From positions 1 to 64,000 of the IMG/VR virus record IMGVR_UViG_3300025816_000008: a stretch of DNA of 64,000 bases; one strand, 5' to 3'. The DNA is from a virus. Below the pieces are notes generated by a model, which made no database searches, was not told where the DNA came from, and worked only from the letters and a program-made list of their open reading frames with translations. Of this stretch, positions 38,601 to 48,474 are shown piece after piece. Made by a program: the position numbers and the translations under genes. How positions within the stretch are numbered: position 1 is the first letter of the stretch; each line of letters starts with the position of its first letter.

Positions 38601-40888
38601 TAGAACCAGGTAATTATAGCATTACCGCGTCTCCAGGTGGAGCTTTTGGTATGACCACTAGTGTGGCCGACACATCTCAACCTAGAGGTACAGAAAGTTT
38701 ATCTACGCCGTTTGGTATAAAAAATATTATGATATGTGGTAATACTAATGATATTGCGGGCGTACATATTAATTATGTAGCGAGTGGAAATAATTATGAT
38801 GGAATTTCTCCTATATTTGGTCCAAATCAAGACGAAAATACAGAATTAGCATTTTTAACATTTAAGAAATTTATACAGACAAAGAAAAATGAAGCCGTTG
38901 GTGAAACAGCATTATGTTATGCTTCAACTGGATCAAAAGCATATAAAGTACATTTTGATTTTTCTGGTGCTGATCTTTTCAGTTGGTCATGGGCTTTAAT
39001 AAATAATAAGTTTAAACCAGGTACTCAAAATGTATTTGAAAAATGTGTGTTTTCAAACTATAAGAATGTAAAAGATGAAGAAGATTATTATACTGGCAAA
39101 CCATATACGAACGCTAAAGTTATAGATCCAATATTTTCTAAGGGAAGCGGCATTTCTAATCAGATTCTTGATGGTGTAGATCAGCCAAAATTTGACCATA
39201 CCGAGCTAGAACCTTGGTGGAATACTAATGATTTTAGTTCAATTAATGATTCAAATTTTGTAACGTCGCCATTTAAAGGCCATATGAAAGATTTTCATTT
39301 ATTTAATGATATTGCTGATAATAGAATTTCTAGTGGTAAAGCTGGTGGTTGGAATGTAGTGAATTCAGGAATTAATTTTCATCAACAACTTGACTCATAT
39401 GTAGTTTATTCATACATTAGATCTCCTAATAGCGGCTCAGAAATTGGACTTTCAGATGATAGTTATGCCTCTTTTCATATTAATAACTGGAATAATGATT
39501 TATCTGGTATCGCTTCAAAGGATTCTTCATTACAAATAATGGGTGGAATCCAAGCGAAAGGTGGAGGAGAATTTAAAGGTGGGCCATTACTTTCTTTTGA
39601 CACATTAGGTCAGATAGTTGTAGCTAGAAACATAAACTATAATTATACTGTAGATCAGCGCGAATTGCTGACGATTCATGCTCAAGATTCTACTTCAACG
39701 GCATATGGAGCAGGAGCAAAATGGTGTCATAATGCAATAGTAGTTGAGCAGGATAAAATAAGATTATGGAAAGACGGTGTGCAATTTGACAGTGCTAATG
39801 GCCGAGCTCCATATGGACCATTTATGACTACACACGTTCCAATAAAAAATTCTAGATTATTTATTGGAGCCGGAAATCAAGTTAAAGGCCGACCGTTTAA
39901 TAGTGTACCTAAAATAGCCGGAAATGAACCTAATTTATTTAGAACATATCAAGGTAATATAAAAGATTTTAGAATACAAACCGGAATACAATTTACTGGT
40001 GATAGTTTCGATCTACCTATTACTGATCAAATCACAGCAGTAGGTAATACATTTGCTTTTAATACTACTGTAAATATACCGGGCATTATACCAAATTCGG
40101 GTGTAAGTATTTTTAATCCTACTAGTAATATAAAAAGAGATACTACTACAGGTGATATAGTAAGAGGGATGGACTGGAGTCCATTTGGTGATGGGGGTTC
40201 AACAATAGACTGGTTTAAGATTGGGGTTATTAATAAAAATAATATAGATTTTAATGCTGCTGGTGTAGTGTCTAAAACTGATAATCCATTAGATGGTTTT
40301 GGTTTAGATGTACCAGATGACTCATATGGTTATTTACATATTACAAGATCTGATAGCGATTATCCAAGCTGGGAAGAGCTAAAAGAATCTGGAGAAATTG
40401 GATATATACCAGGTTTACAATTAAAGCTCAGTATGTATAATAAAGATGATAATCAACAACGGATTGATTGGCAGATACAAACCTCACAGCTTTTTGAACC
40501 AATAGTTGAAACTATTCGAGATAGCATAACTGATTATACTAATTTCTATTTTAATGATTATTTTAGCTCGACTGATTCATTTGCCTCTAGACCTATAGAC
40601 GCATTTTCAGCTATTACTGGAAAGAATAAAAGTACAGGTGAAATGCCAGTATTATATGTAGATACTTTCGGCACAAAAATGGCAGGCGAAGAAGTAATAA
40701 TCAATACCGCATATAATAGAAATGAGTTTAAAATAGTAAGCACTCCAAGCCAATATACATTAAAACTTATGTCTATGGATCAAATATCTCAAGGAGGATT
40801 TGTTGCAGAAGGAATTAGTGGTTTTGACGCTTATGAAGAAGGCGGCGCATTCTTTGGTATTGCAGATAGTTTTGGAGATCTATTATGA
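35684..40888 (+). CDS. Large virion protein with LamG/ConA-like lectin elements (1734 aa)
   Basis: TTG start 8 nt after AAGGA; NFSIDFW and WCHNAIV..LWKDG..FIG..YQGNIKDFRI motifs. Confidence 0.55.
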   Translation: MVNYIKNLISDLSLPSDPADIDTVAFVKEDGSIRTKLNLNILPSRSMFFSGHDLANPIGAHLRIDSAFKVPITGYDQITDNFSIDFWQFTTLDTQDHAAVIFDIVENDSSLGEPINLIPDRSHSIEIAGGEVQIDRGVNPYSDSWGGSSYLFGKSLHATTSHPSGIYTTPSISPITDVVHERASPDGKDSGMYAIFSSDALSSSKSTHTTMGAWYRKNDNSISNTTVGDNKHTYNTSNFSYQSLDDGLDNIAMVHTNGIRIRGLDWSYHDSAPYEYRIGNNLKWEQITTDIDMAAPKMGYLSVSDPVKTYDYLSGGYLVPDSDRLYATNDVMNSSYLTGKRNIITNNFDVYNDATFAGYFWIDSSPINDKLLFKAGGDTEALELKVINSGGASKLNLSAGNGALACELPLPTTSGNNNIEIDSDYTGYPVPAGTSKRKRGNRWHEVRFSVKLFPAEVTLMTKKIGNLPSQLGSKKYYPNGGDDIRISSHRPNSSSGLLRWANNNAGISEFKVLTNQANMGVKHEGDKRTYTSGTDALLEIHTGLPGRDPFRTDNVGNLFLRLFEKTNFGYSILKSDGGGNDKILLSDCGTTSSPNSTGRIIYFEIHNKNSAGDQGVTVTGISDIMRFIPFIASTNMVHQDTPSNAADTVNVRNPNSAGHFGAEILDNTSAPNSYLFPYTNTVTKSLKESLSSFIIDEQTGQLHTFKDGAYVGSKDFNLNPGTDTAMELGFQFRNTWFSSRYHINPIGSLTSAIQSVIGTSYHPDPAVVFDPPISYNSGYKSSSGNPAPNGYRNFFADEGGRYEAKVALLARDWVYDPAKLINAARTATGTPAFVNDGIFNSTTGNTNPNDINPFIDPSVAPNTNVRDFYLKNSIWGTGKFSWPLADHLIYYKEAYNPAISTGTITNLTGETDEYKNARASWAGRVATHKGTDHGINKARAYILRTGGSIVNHSTPGDITSVISGLADGNCLLLEPGNYSITASPGGAFGMTTSVADTSQPRGTESLSTPFGIKNIMICGNTNDIAGVHINYVASGNNYDGISPIFGPNQDENTELAFLTFKKFIQTKKNEAVGETALCYASTGSKAYKVHFDFSGADLFSWSWALINNKFKPGTQNVFEKCVFSNYKNVKDEEDYYTGKPYTNAKVIDPIFSKGSGISNQILDGVDQPKFDHTELEPWWNTNDFSSINDSNFVTSPFKGHMKDFHLFNDIADNRISSGKAGGWNVVNSGINFHQQLDSYVVYSYIRSPNSGSEIGLSDDSYASFHINNWNNDLSGIASKDSSLQIMGGIQAKGGGEFKGGPLLSFDTLGQIVVARNINYNYTVDQRELLTIHAQDSTSTAYGAGAKWCHNAIVVEQDKIRLWKDGVQFDSANGRAPYGPFMTTHVPIKNSRLFIGAGNQVKGRPFNSVPKIAGNEPNLFRTYQGNIKDFRIQTGIQFTGDSFDLPITDQITAVGNTFAFNTTVNIPGIIPNSGVSIFNPTSNIKRDTTTGDIVRGMDWSPFGDGGSTIDWFKIGVINKNNIDFNAAGVVSKTDNPLDGFGLDVPDDSYGYLHITRSDSDYPSWEELKESGEIGYIPGLQLKLSMYNKDDNQQRIDWQIQTSQLFEPIVETIRDSITDYTNFYFNDYFSSTDSFASRPIDAFSAITGKNKSTGEMPVLYVDTFGTKMAGEEVIINTAYNRNEFKIVSTPSQYTLKLMSMDQISQGGFVAEGISGFDAYEEGGAFFGIADSFGDLL

Positions 40889-43467
40889 GTATCATTGATA
40901 TAGCAAAAGTAAAAGAAAATGGTGGAATAGTTTTTTCTAAAAAAGAAAAACAAATTTATCAATATAACGAATTATCTAATAGCTGGGTTTCAGTGGGGAT
41001 AATTAATCCACAGCATATAAGTAGTAGTGTAGGACCTAATGGTTTAAATTTTGGTTACGATTCAAATTTTGATGCTTTAAAAAGATCAATGTCATCTGGA
41101 ATAAATTTGATTGGTGTTGATAGCGACGGAAATACTATTACTTGGACGCCTACTATTATAGATGATCCAGCTAATGTTATAGTAGATATTAGTGGAACTT
41201 CTCCAAGTTTTGATTTGGTGCCGAAAAAAAATCTTGGTGATACTTCATTATCGAATCAAATTGTATTTAATGGTGTAATTAATGTGTCTGGAGTAGATTC
41301 AGCTCCTAGATTTAAAGAAATTAATTTTTTACCACTTTTTGATAGTGCATTTACCGCAGATTCATTAGGATTAAGAAGTAATTTTATAGATAAACTTGAA
41401 ATACAATATTTTTATAATTGGGAACAAACAAGCATTTCTGGTTTTAATCATGATAAAGCCATAGAGCTTTCTACATTTACAGTTCCAGATGTACAATTTT
41501 TAGAAATTAAAGATGCGCCAAGAACTACTGATCAATATGTTGATATGCAAATTGCAACAGGAAGTTCTGCTGGGTCAATTATCTTTTTATTGGATGATAA
41601 TCAAAATAGGCTATTATCTTATCCAATGACTAATCCATATTCTTTAAGAGAAATTGATTATACACAAGAAAAAACATTAAATTTAAAGAATGATAGCTGG
41701 AATGCTGAAAATCCATCGGCATTTAAATTTAATAATACTGGTTATAGATTATTTATTTTAGACAAAACATTAAATCAAATAGCAGAATATTGGTTACTTA
41801 CACCATGGGATATACACACTGCTATTAGAAAAGACAATTTTAAAACTAATACCACTGAGTTAAAAAATATTGAAGATACTTACGTAAGTCCTGATGGAAA
41901 GTATTATTATACATTAGAAACACCAGTCATATCTCTTGAGCCTGATGGAACGATTAATAGCTTCGAAGGTAGTAGAGGTATGCCTAAATCTGTTAATGCT
42001 GGTACAATCAAAAGATATACTTTATACGATTCTGGTCAAATACATACGCTATCAGTTGACTCAAATGCTATAACAAAATCTTTTGAAACAGGATTTTACA
42101 CACATACGTTTGCCGAAGATGAAGTGATGTTGAGTTCTGCTGGGATAGCTAGCAAAGCTCAAGCCGGCGCACGTATAAGAAGTATCTTTAATTATTCCGG
42201 ACGTACCTACATAGCTACATTTGAACATTATGGTTTGCCTCAATCTATGTGTTTTAATTATGATGGAACTAAAATGTATACCGGTGAAGCTATAGCAGCA
42301 ATGGATGGAAAATTTAGACAATATACTCTAACATCACCGTGGGATGTTAGTACTGCAGTTGCATTTGATTCTGCAACACATGAAATAGGCACTAAAATGA
42401 ACAGTCTATCTATAGAAGATCCAAGTCCTGATTTTGGATTAGATATATCACAGCCAGATGGATTTGCAACTAGAAGACCTCACGGACCAGAGTCTATAAG
42501 ATTTAATCCAGATGGAAATAAATTTTATGTATTAAATAAAAAACTAAATCAAATTTATCAATATAATTTAAACATAACAACTGATTCTGATTTATTTAAT
42601 ATATCACAATTAACTCAGCCTATTACATCTTTAAGTAAAGAAATTAGTGATGGAGGATGGGATTTAAAAATAGAATTAAATTCTTTAGGTTCTTCTACAT
42701 CTAAAATTGGACAAGATCTTGGAACATTTAATACTATTAATATTATAGACTCAAATAAAATGATAGTATCCGGAGATAAGTATTTACATACAGTTCAATT
42801 GAATCAATTTAATTTAGTATCCAGTCTCATACAATCTGATTCTAACGTAAGTATGGATTCTTCAAATTCTATTTTTGGGGTTAATATTGTTGGCGACAAA
42901 ATATTAGTTCATGACGATAGTGGAACAATTAATCAGTGGAAGATGACGACAGTAAATGATCCATCAACTGCTGTAAGAGAACATACAAATAAAATTAAAA
43001 CATTAAATGTAGGAACTGGTGGGTATATTATTGGAGCAAGTGGTTTAGCAATCGATAGCGATCGTTCTAAATTTTACATCGGCGCAAATTTTGGATTTGA
43101 AATACACAAGTATAGCTTCAATGCTAATGCTGGTGTTTCTAGCATGTCTCTTGATAGTATGTGGGAAGAAGACTCTTTAGGTATTGTTGGTATATCAGCC
43201 CTAAATTTAAGAAATAACACTTTAAATTTTTCTAGTGAAAATAAAATACGTGAAATAGATATTAATCATAATATACTTAATAGTAGTGTGTTAGATTCTG
43301 CTATTTTAACTCTTGCCTCTCCATCTCAAGCAGCAGCATTTGGTGTTGATTGGAACGGTAATGGTTCTGAATTAATTACTACTGGAAGATCCGATTTATC
43401 TTCTACTGCAACAAGTTCAGTTCAAAGCTTTGGTGTTAAAAATAATTATAGTATTAAAAGTGTATAA
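40885..43467 (+). CDS. Beta-propeller repeat virion protein
   Basis: Repeats FNxDGxKxY...YxLxxPWD[IV]xTA. Confidence 0.6.
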   Translation: MSIIDIAKVKENGGIVFSKKEKQIYQYNELSNSWVSVGIINPQHISSSVGPNGLNFGYDSNFDALKRSMSSGINLIGVDSDGNTITWTPTIIDDPANVIVDISGTSPSFDLVPKKNLGDTSLSNQIVFNGVINVSGVDSAPRFKEINFLPLFDSAFTADSLGLRSNFIDKLEIQYFYNWEQTSISGFNHDKAIELSTFTVPDVQFLEIKDAPRTTDQYVDMQIATGSSAGSIIFLLDDNQNRLLSYPMTNPYSLREIDYTQEKTLNLKNDSWNAENPSAFKFNNTGYRLFILDKTLNQIAEYWLLTPWDIHTAIRKDNFKTNTTELKNIEDTYVSPDGKYYYTLETPVISLEPDGTINSFEGSRGMPKSVNAGTIKRYTLYDSGQIHTLSVDSNAITKSFETGFYTHTFAEDEVMLSSAGIASKAQAGARIRSIFNYSGRTYIATFEHYGLPQSMCFNYDGTKMYTGEAIAAMDGKFRQYTLTSPWDVSTAVAFDSATHEIGTKMNSLSIEDPSPDFGLDISQPDGFATRRPHGPESIRFNPDGNKFYVLNKKLNQIYQYNLNITTDSDLFNISQLTQPITSLSKEISDGGWDLKIELNSLGSSTSKIGQDLGTFNTINIIDSNKMIVSGDKYLHTVQLNQFNLVSSLIQSDSNVSMDSSNSIFGVNIVGDKILVHDDSGTINQWKMTTVNDPSTAVREHTNKIKTLNVGTGGYIIGASGLAIDSDRSKFYIGANFGFEIHKYSFNANAGVSSMSLDSMWEEDSLGIVGISALNLRNNTLNFSSENKIREIDINHNILNSSVLDSAILTLASPSQAAAFGVDWNGNGSELITTGRSDLSSTATSSVQSFGVKNNYSIKSV

Positions 43468-43470
43468 ATA
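43463..43470 (+). promoter_or_regulatory. T4-type late promoter
   Basis: TATAAATA overlapping the upstream stop codon. Confidence 0.7.
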
Positions 43471-43500
43471 GAGTTAACTAAGTAAAATAGGATTTAAAGT

Positions 43501-44082
43501 ATGTCAACTAGAGGTAGGTTATTAGCTAATTTAACACTGCATGGATCATTAATTCCAGATGCAGATTCTGCATATGATTTAGGATCGCCTTCAAAAAAAT
43601 TTAGATCTCTTTACTTAAGTCCTAATACTTTACACTTAGGTGATGCAAGTTTAAGTTCGGATGGTACTGGTATCATTATTCCTGCTGGGTCAAAAGTTGG
43701 CGATGATTCTGTTATTGTTGGCAACGACTTAACAAATAAAGTTAAAGGAGATACTCCATATAATATCACTTTGAATCAATCAGGAGACTTAAAACTTTTA
43801 ACCGGAACCCAAAGATGGTATTCGCCATTTAACGCACAAATCAGTGGTATTACATCTAGATTAGGTACAGCACCTACAGGTTCATCTGTAGGAATCAGAG
43901 TTAATATAAATGATTCAGCTGAAACAACTTGGACTTTTGCAGCTGGATCGGCAACTGCGTCAATTGCTGATCAAACAATAAATTTAAGTACTGGTGATTA
44001 TCTTACAGTCGATATTACAAGTATTGGTAGTGGAACCGCCGGGGCGGATTTATATACACAATTTGTCTATAAACAAACATAA
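43501..44082 (+). CDS. Fibre-associated virion protein
   Basis: LIPDADSAYDLGS..KFRSLYLS..TLHLG motif, also present in the 4427-aa protein; C-term GDYLTVDITSIGSGTAGADL. Confidence 0.55.
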   Translation: MSTRGRLLANLTLHGSLIPDADSAYDLGSPSKKFRSLYLSPNTLHLGDASLSSDGTGIIIPAGSKVGDDSVIVGNDLTNKVKGDTPYNITLNQSGDLKLLTGTQRWYSPFNAQISGITSRLGTAPTGSSVGIRVNINDSAETTWTFAAGSATASIADQTINLSTGDYLTVDITSIGSGTAGADLYTQFVYKQT

Positions 44083-44087
44083 ACATT

Positions 44088-44095
44088 TATAAATA
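44088..44095 (+). promoter_or_regulatory. T4-type late promoter
   Basis: TATAAATA. Confidence 0.7.
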
Positions 44096-44112
44096 GAATA
44101 AACGGAGTTAAA

Positions 44113-44340
44113 ATGCAATTTACAAAAACATATGAAGATTTTGATGATAGTGACAATGCAATAACAATAACTCGCACATTTGATGCGGTTCTTAATGGAA
44201 CAACATTGGAAATTTCAGAAACTGTGGATGGTACAAAAAAACCTTGTCTAACTCAACCTTGGAAAACAAATCCAGATGGAAGTAGAAGTGATTGGGTTGA
44301 TATAAATGAAGCAATTGAATGGTATAAACTTCAAGCATAA
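44113..44340 (+). CDS. Small hypothetical protein (late)
   Basis: GGAG RBS, late promoter, QPW...W...EAIEW motif. Confidence 0.55.
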   Translation: MQFTKTYEDFDDSDNAITITRTFDAVLNGTTLEISETVDGTKKPCLTQPWKTNPDGSRSDWVDINEAIEWYKLQA

Positions 44341-44354
44341 AGTAGGATAAAGAT

Positions 44355-46217
44355 ATGGCACTAATTAAAAAGGGATACCAAGCACATAAATTTGCTGTAG
44401 TGGAGAGTCCACATGCAGGAAGTACTATGATCTATCTGTATCAACAACCCCATGATAAAAACACGCTTGCTCCTATAATGGCTGAAGAAGCAGTATTACA
44501 ACAGACCCACAGTTATCCACAAATGGCGTTTGGTGTAACAGGTTGGCATGTGGATGCTTATGGCCTTAGTGGTTTAAATGTAGTAAATAATAATGAATCT
44601 TCAATAAGTACTTCTACTTTCAGGGCTGGTGGAGGTTTTACAATATTCCTTCCAAAAATGACAGCAGGAACTAATTATGGCGCAGTCGTAGGTGGGCATA
44701 ATGACTCTTATTGGTCAAATGTGGACCCTTGCCCATTTATGAGTATGGATGAAACTGTTGAAAATGCTAGAATGCGTAGAATAGTTGATGGTAGTGATGA
44801 ATTAGTGGTAATGTTAGGAAATGAGGGCTGGAATTCAAACTATCATTGTAATGTTAGTTGGTATAATAAAGGTTCTAATTACAATTTAAATGATTCACCA
44901 CCTTCAAATGATTATTACTTTGTCAATCACAGCAGTAGTTATATTCCGATTCCTTATATGTCAACTGTAAAAGTCGGAAATTATGTTTCTGGAATATACG
45001 GTTATTATCGCTACTCTTATGCATATCAATATGTCCAGATTGGAAGAACCTTGTTTTCTGATCATCATTACGCTAATCAAGAAATGATTACAGCATCACG
45101 TAGGAATTATTATACTTTACAATATATAGGTAATGCAAGTGATGGAAATCCGCTATACTTATATAATTTAAGCACAGATGATCATCAACAATATATTACA
45201 AAACATAATGTTGCTTCAAATACTATAACTGACTTGCATACTTTTACTGCTGCACCTGGTGCAACAGGAACAAGTGCGGGTGGAACAAGAGCAACAACTG
45301 CATTTGAGACAATTTCAAAAATGGCAAGTCATGTATTTGATGATCCAGCAAGTTCGGGAAATAAAGCATTTTATGTACCATATTTTGATACTAGTATGAA
45401 TTATCATCCTTTTTGTTTTAAATGGAATACTTCATCTGATACTTTTACCAGAGATCAATGTTCAACTATTACTGGAACTTTAAGTAGTGGAATGTTAAAT
45501 AATATGGATGGCACTGCGGCTTATAGAGCCAGGCTTAAAGGAATTGCAATAAATGAAACCTTTGTTAATAGCGGAAATAGGTATTTAACGGTATTTCCTT
45601 TACAAGGCCAAAAAGACGTAACTACTAGTGATGCGACTAAAAGAACATTTGTAACTTATGCTGTAAGTGGTTCCGACGCTACAGCATTAACATATCATAG
45701 TAACGTAATATCATCTACTCAAATATACCAAATTATATGGTTAAATGATACTAGAACTAAATTAGGAACTTTTAGTGAAAATGCATTTAAAATTTATGCT
45801 TGGGATAATACTAATGGATGGGTGCTAACTGCTACAGTTAATGAATCATTTAATGCGGTGGGAAGAGATTCAACAGATAGAATTTGGGCTGTTGGTGCAG
45901 ATCAAGATGATGTTCCAGTTAATATTCATTTACTATCTAATGCAACTCCAGTGAGAGTGACAGTAACACCTGCTTCTAGTAGTTATAACTATTCTGGTTC
46001 AGATATAAATTCTACTGTTGGAATTAGTGCATATGATATGGATGGTGCTAGAATGGCAGTAAGTGTTAATCTAACTATTCAAGGAAGTACAATGACTTTC
46101 AGTGGCGGTGGGGCAACAGCAACGGTAACTACTAGCACATCAGCTGATGTGAACCAAGCAATTGTTATAACTGGATCTGGTACAAGTGATATATTAACAA
46201 ACGTGCAACTGTCATAG
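44355..46217 (+). CDS. Putative virion protein (possible receptor-binding)
   Basis: 620 aa, Ser/Thr/Tyr/Asn-rich beta-type composition, Ig-like C-terminus; late operon. Confidence 0.5.
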   Translation: MALIKKGYQAHKFAVVESPHAGSTMIYLYQQPHDKNTLAPIMAEEAVLQQTHSYPQMAFGVTGWHVDAYGLSGLNVVNNNESSISTSTFRAGGGFTIFLPKMTAGTNYGAVVGGHNDSYWSNVDPCPFMSMDETVENARMRRIVDGSDELVVMLGNEGWNSNYHCNVSWYNKGSNYNLNDSPPSNDYYFVNHSSSYIPIPYMSTVKVGNYVSGIYGYYRYSYAYQYVQIGRTLFSDHHYANQEMITASRRNYYTLQYIGNASDGNPLYLYNLSTDDHQQYITKHNVASNTITDLHTFTAAPGATGTSAGGTRATTAFETISKMASHVFDDPASSGNKAFYVPYFDTSMNYHPFCFKWNTSSDTFTRDQCSTITGTLSSGMLNNMDGTAAYRARLKGIAINETFVNSGNRYLTVFPLQGQKDVTTSDATKRTFVTYAVSGSDATALTYHSNVISSTQIYQIIWLNDTRTKLGTFSENAFKIYAWDNTNGWVLTATVNESFNAVGRDSTDRIWAVGADQDDVPVNIHLLSNATPVRVTVTPASSSYNYSGSDINSTVGISAYDMDGARMAVSVNLTIQGSTMTFSGGGATATVTTSTSADVNQAIVITGSGTSDILTNVQLS

Positions 46218-46226
46218 GTAATTGTA

Positions 46227-46586
46227 ATGTCATCTATTGTTAATCAACTCACTAGAATAAGCGTAAGTCAAAAACCAGATATTAAAGCATTTAGTGATAG
46301 GTTTAATATTAAAGTTAATGATACAAATTCTAGTTGGGCATATTCTGCGAATAATACGATATTACAAATAAACGGTGATAGTCATACAATTAATAGTGCT
46401 GGTGGTAGTAATGTAAATAATGTTAGTCTTAATACAACATTTGTTTCTCGCGATTCTGATTTTTTCTCAGACTCTGCTGGAAAATATACTCCTGATTTAA
46501 TAGGACATAATATAATTAAAGTGAGTTCTATATTTCCATCATCAGTAATTTCTGAAGGTGGTGGCCCGGATCAAAGTTGGTATTAA
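46227..46586 (+). CDS. Hypothetical virion-associated protein
   Basis: 119-aa ORF in the late operon. Confidence 0.45.
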   Translation: MSSIVNQLTRISVSQKPDIKAFSDRFNIKVNDTNSSWAYSANNTILQINGDSHTINSAGGSNVNNVSLNTTFVSRDSDFFSDSAGKYTPDLIGHNIIKVSSIFPSSVISEGGGPDQSWY

Positions 46587-46609
46587 ATATTTTTTGTAGT
46601 TTAAAACTA

Positions 46610-46617
46610 TATAAATA
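46610..46617 (+). promoter_or_regulatory. T4-type late promoter
   Basis: TATAAATA upstream of gp13. Confidence 0.75.
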
Positions 46618-46647
46618 GTACAAAGACTATTTAAATAGGATGTCAAT

Positions 46648-47412
46648 ATGGCTATAGTAACCACACGAACTGAATTAGAGGAATATTGTTTACGTAAATT
46701 AGGGGCTCCTGTAATTGATATTAATGTTGCTGATGAGCAAATTGATGATAGAATCGATGAAGCTCTTGAAGTATATCAAGAATATCATTCTGATGCTACT
46801 GTTAAAACATACTTTAAACATTTAGTTACTGCAGCTGATGTTACAAATAAATATATTCCAGTTCCAGATAATATTATTTTTGTAACTCATTTATTCCCAT
46901 TAAGACCAGGAAGTTCTAGTTCAGCGGGTATGTTTGATATTAAATATCAAATGATGCTAAATGATATGATTAATATGAATAATTTTTCAGGTGGGCTAAA
47001 CTACTATACTCAGATGCAGCAATATTTAGAACTATTAAATATGGCATTATCTGGAACTCCTCAAGTTGCTTATCAACGAAGACAGAATAGATTACATATT
47101 TTTGGTGATTTTGGAACAGGAGATATTATAGCTGGAAGTTATCTTGTAGCTGAAGCTTATGCTTTAGTCGATCCGTCAAGTACATCTGGAACAAAATCTA
47201 TTTTTAATGATCTTTGGTTAAAGGCTTATGCAACTGCTCTTATTAAAAAGCAGTGGGGTTCTAACCTTATGAAGTTTGAAGGTATGACTCTTCCGGGTGG
47301 AGTGATGTTAAACGGGAGACAGATATATGATGATGCTACTGTTGAGATACAAGCATTAGATGAAAAACTTAGGCTAGAATATGAGTTACCGATTGACTTT
47401 TGTATAGGATAA
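46648..47412 (+). CDS. gp13: Neck protein gp13
   Basis: YCLRKLGAPVIDINV..EQIDDRIDEAL, KKQWGSNL.KF.G..LPGGV.LNG. Confidence 0.93.
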   Translation: MAIVTTRTELEEYCLRKLGAPVIDINVADEQIDDRIDEALEVYQEYHSDATVKTYFKHLVTAADVTNKYIPVPDNIIFVTHLFPLRPGSSSSAGMFDIKYQMMLNDMINMNNFSGGLNYYTQMQQYLELLNMALSGTPQVAYQRRQNRLHIFGDFGTGDIIAGSYLVAEAYALVDPSSTSGTKSIFNDLWLKAYATALIKKQWGSNLMKFEGMTLPGGVMLNGRQIYDDATVEIQALDEKLRLEYELPIDFCIG

Positions 47413-47415
47413 TCC

Positions 47416-48474
47416 ATGGCAAAGAATCATTTTTTTGCTGATAAGCCGGCAAATGAGCAAAATTTATATGAAGATATTATCATAGAATCTTTAAAGATCT
47501 ATGGTCAAGATGTTTATTACATGCCGCGTGAAATCGTCAATGAAGATAAAATTTTTGGTGAAGATGTTCCATCTAAATTTTCAACCGCTTATAAAATTGA
47601 AATGTATATTGAGAATCAACAGGGATTTGATGGAGAAGGAGACCTCTTTACAAAGTTCGGCGTTGAGATTAGAGATGCTGCAACATTTGTAGTTTCTAGA
47701 AGACGCTGGCGGCACACTATTCAGCAAAATAATAATACTATTAGTTCTGTACGCCCTCGAGAGGGTGATGTACTATATCTCCCTTTATCTAATTCAATGT
47801 TTGAGATTATGCATGTTGAACACGAAATGCCATTTTATCAATTGAACAATGTTCCAACATATAATTTGCGGTGTGAGTTGTTTGTATATAGTGATGAAGA
47901 TCTTGATACTGGAATAGAAATAATTGATGGTATTGAAAATGATGCAGCAAATGTAACGATTGTTCTTGATTCCGCAAGAGACCAAAATGGTGTACTAAAA
48001 TCAGATACTCTATCCGATGAGGGTGGCGTTGATTTTTGGGTTGGTGAAACTGTGTATCAAATTGATTCGTCACTTAGATCTATTACTGGAAAACATCCTA
48101 GAATATTGGGTGAAGTTATTGAATATAGACCCGATATTAAAACACTAACACTCGGCCATATTAGTGTGGATAGTGCACTTGATTCTACCGGCACTGGCGT
48201 GACTGGATTAATTGGATTTACTGTTGGTAAGAAAATTATAAATGATAGGGTGAGTGATCAACATATATTCCCATTCAATGCATTCTACGGAAGAAACGTA
48301 GATTCAAATGCGTTCTTATATGCTAGAGTTAGAACTATTTTATCAATTGACGATGATACTGGGTATATTTCAAGTCAAAACGATACGTTTGATGCTAATA
48401 ACCAAACTGGTACTCTTGTGGACTTTTTAGACTTCTCCGAAGGTAATCCGTTTGGCGATGCGGAGGACAATTAA
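47416..48474 (+). CDS. gp14: Neck protein gp14
   Basis: EQNLYEDIIIESLKIYGQDVYYMPR, KFGVEIRD, RPREGD, C-term DFSEGNPFG. Confidence 0.92.
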   Translation: MAKNHFFADKPANEQNLYEDIIIESLKIYGQDVYYMPREIVNEDKIFGEDVPSKFSTAYKIEMYIENQQGFDGEGDLFTKFGVEIRDAATFVVSRRRWRHTIQQNNNTISSVRPREGDVLYLPLSNSMFEIMHVEHEMPFYQLNNVPTYNLRCELFVYSDEDLDTGIEIIDGIENDAANVTIVLDSARDQNGVLKSDTLSDEGGVDFWVGETVYQIDSSLRSITGKHPRILGEVIEYRPDIKTLTLGHISVDSALDSTGTGVTGLIGFTVGKKIINDRVSDQHIFPFNAFYGRNVDSNAFLYARVRTILSIDDDTGYISSQNDTFDANNQTGTLVDFLDFSEGNPFGDAEDN

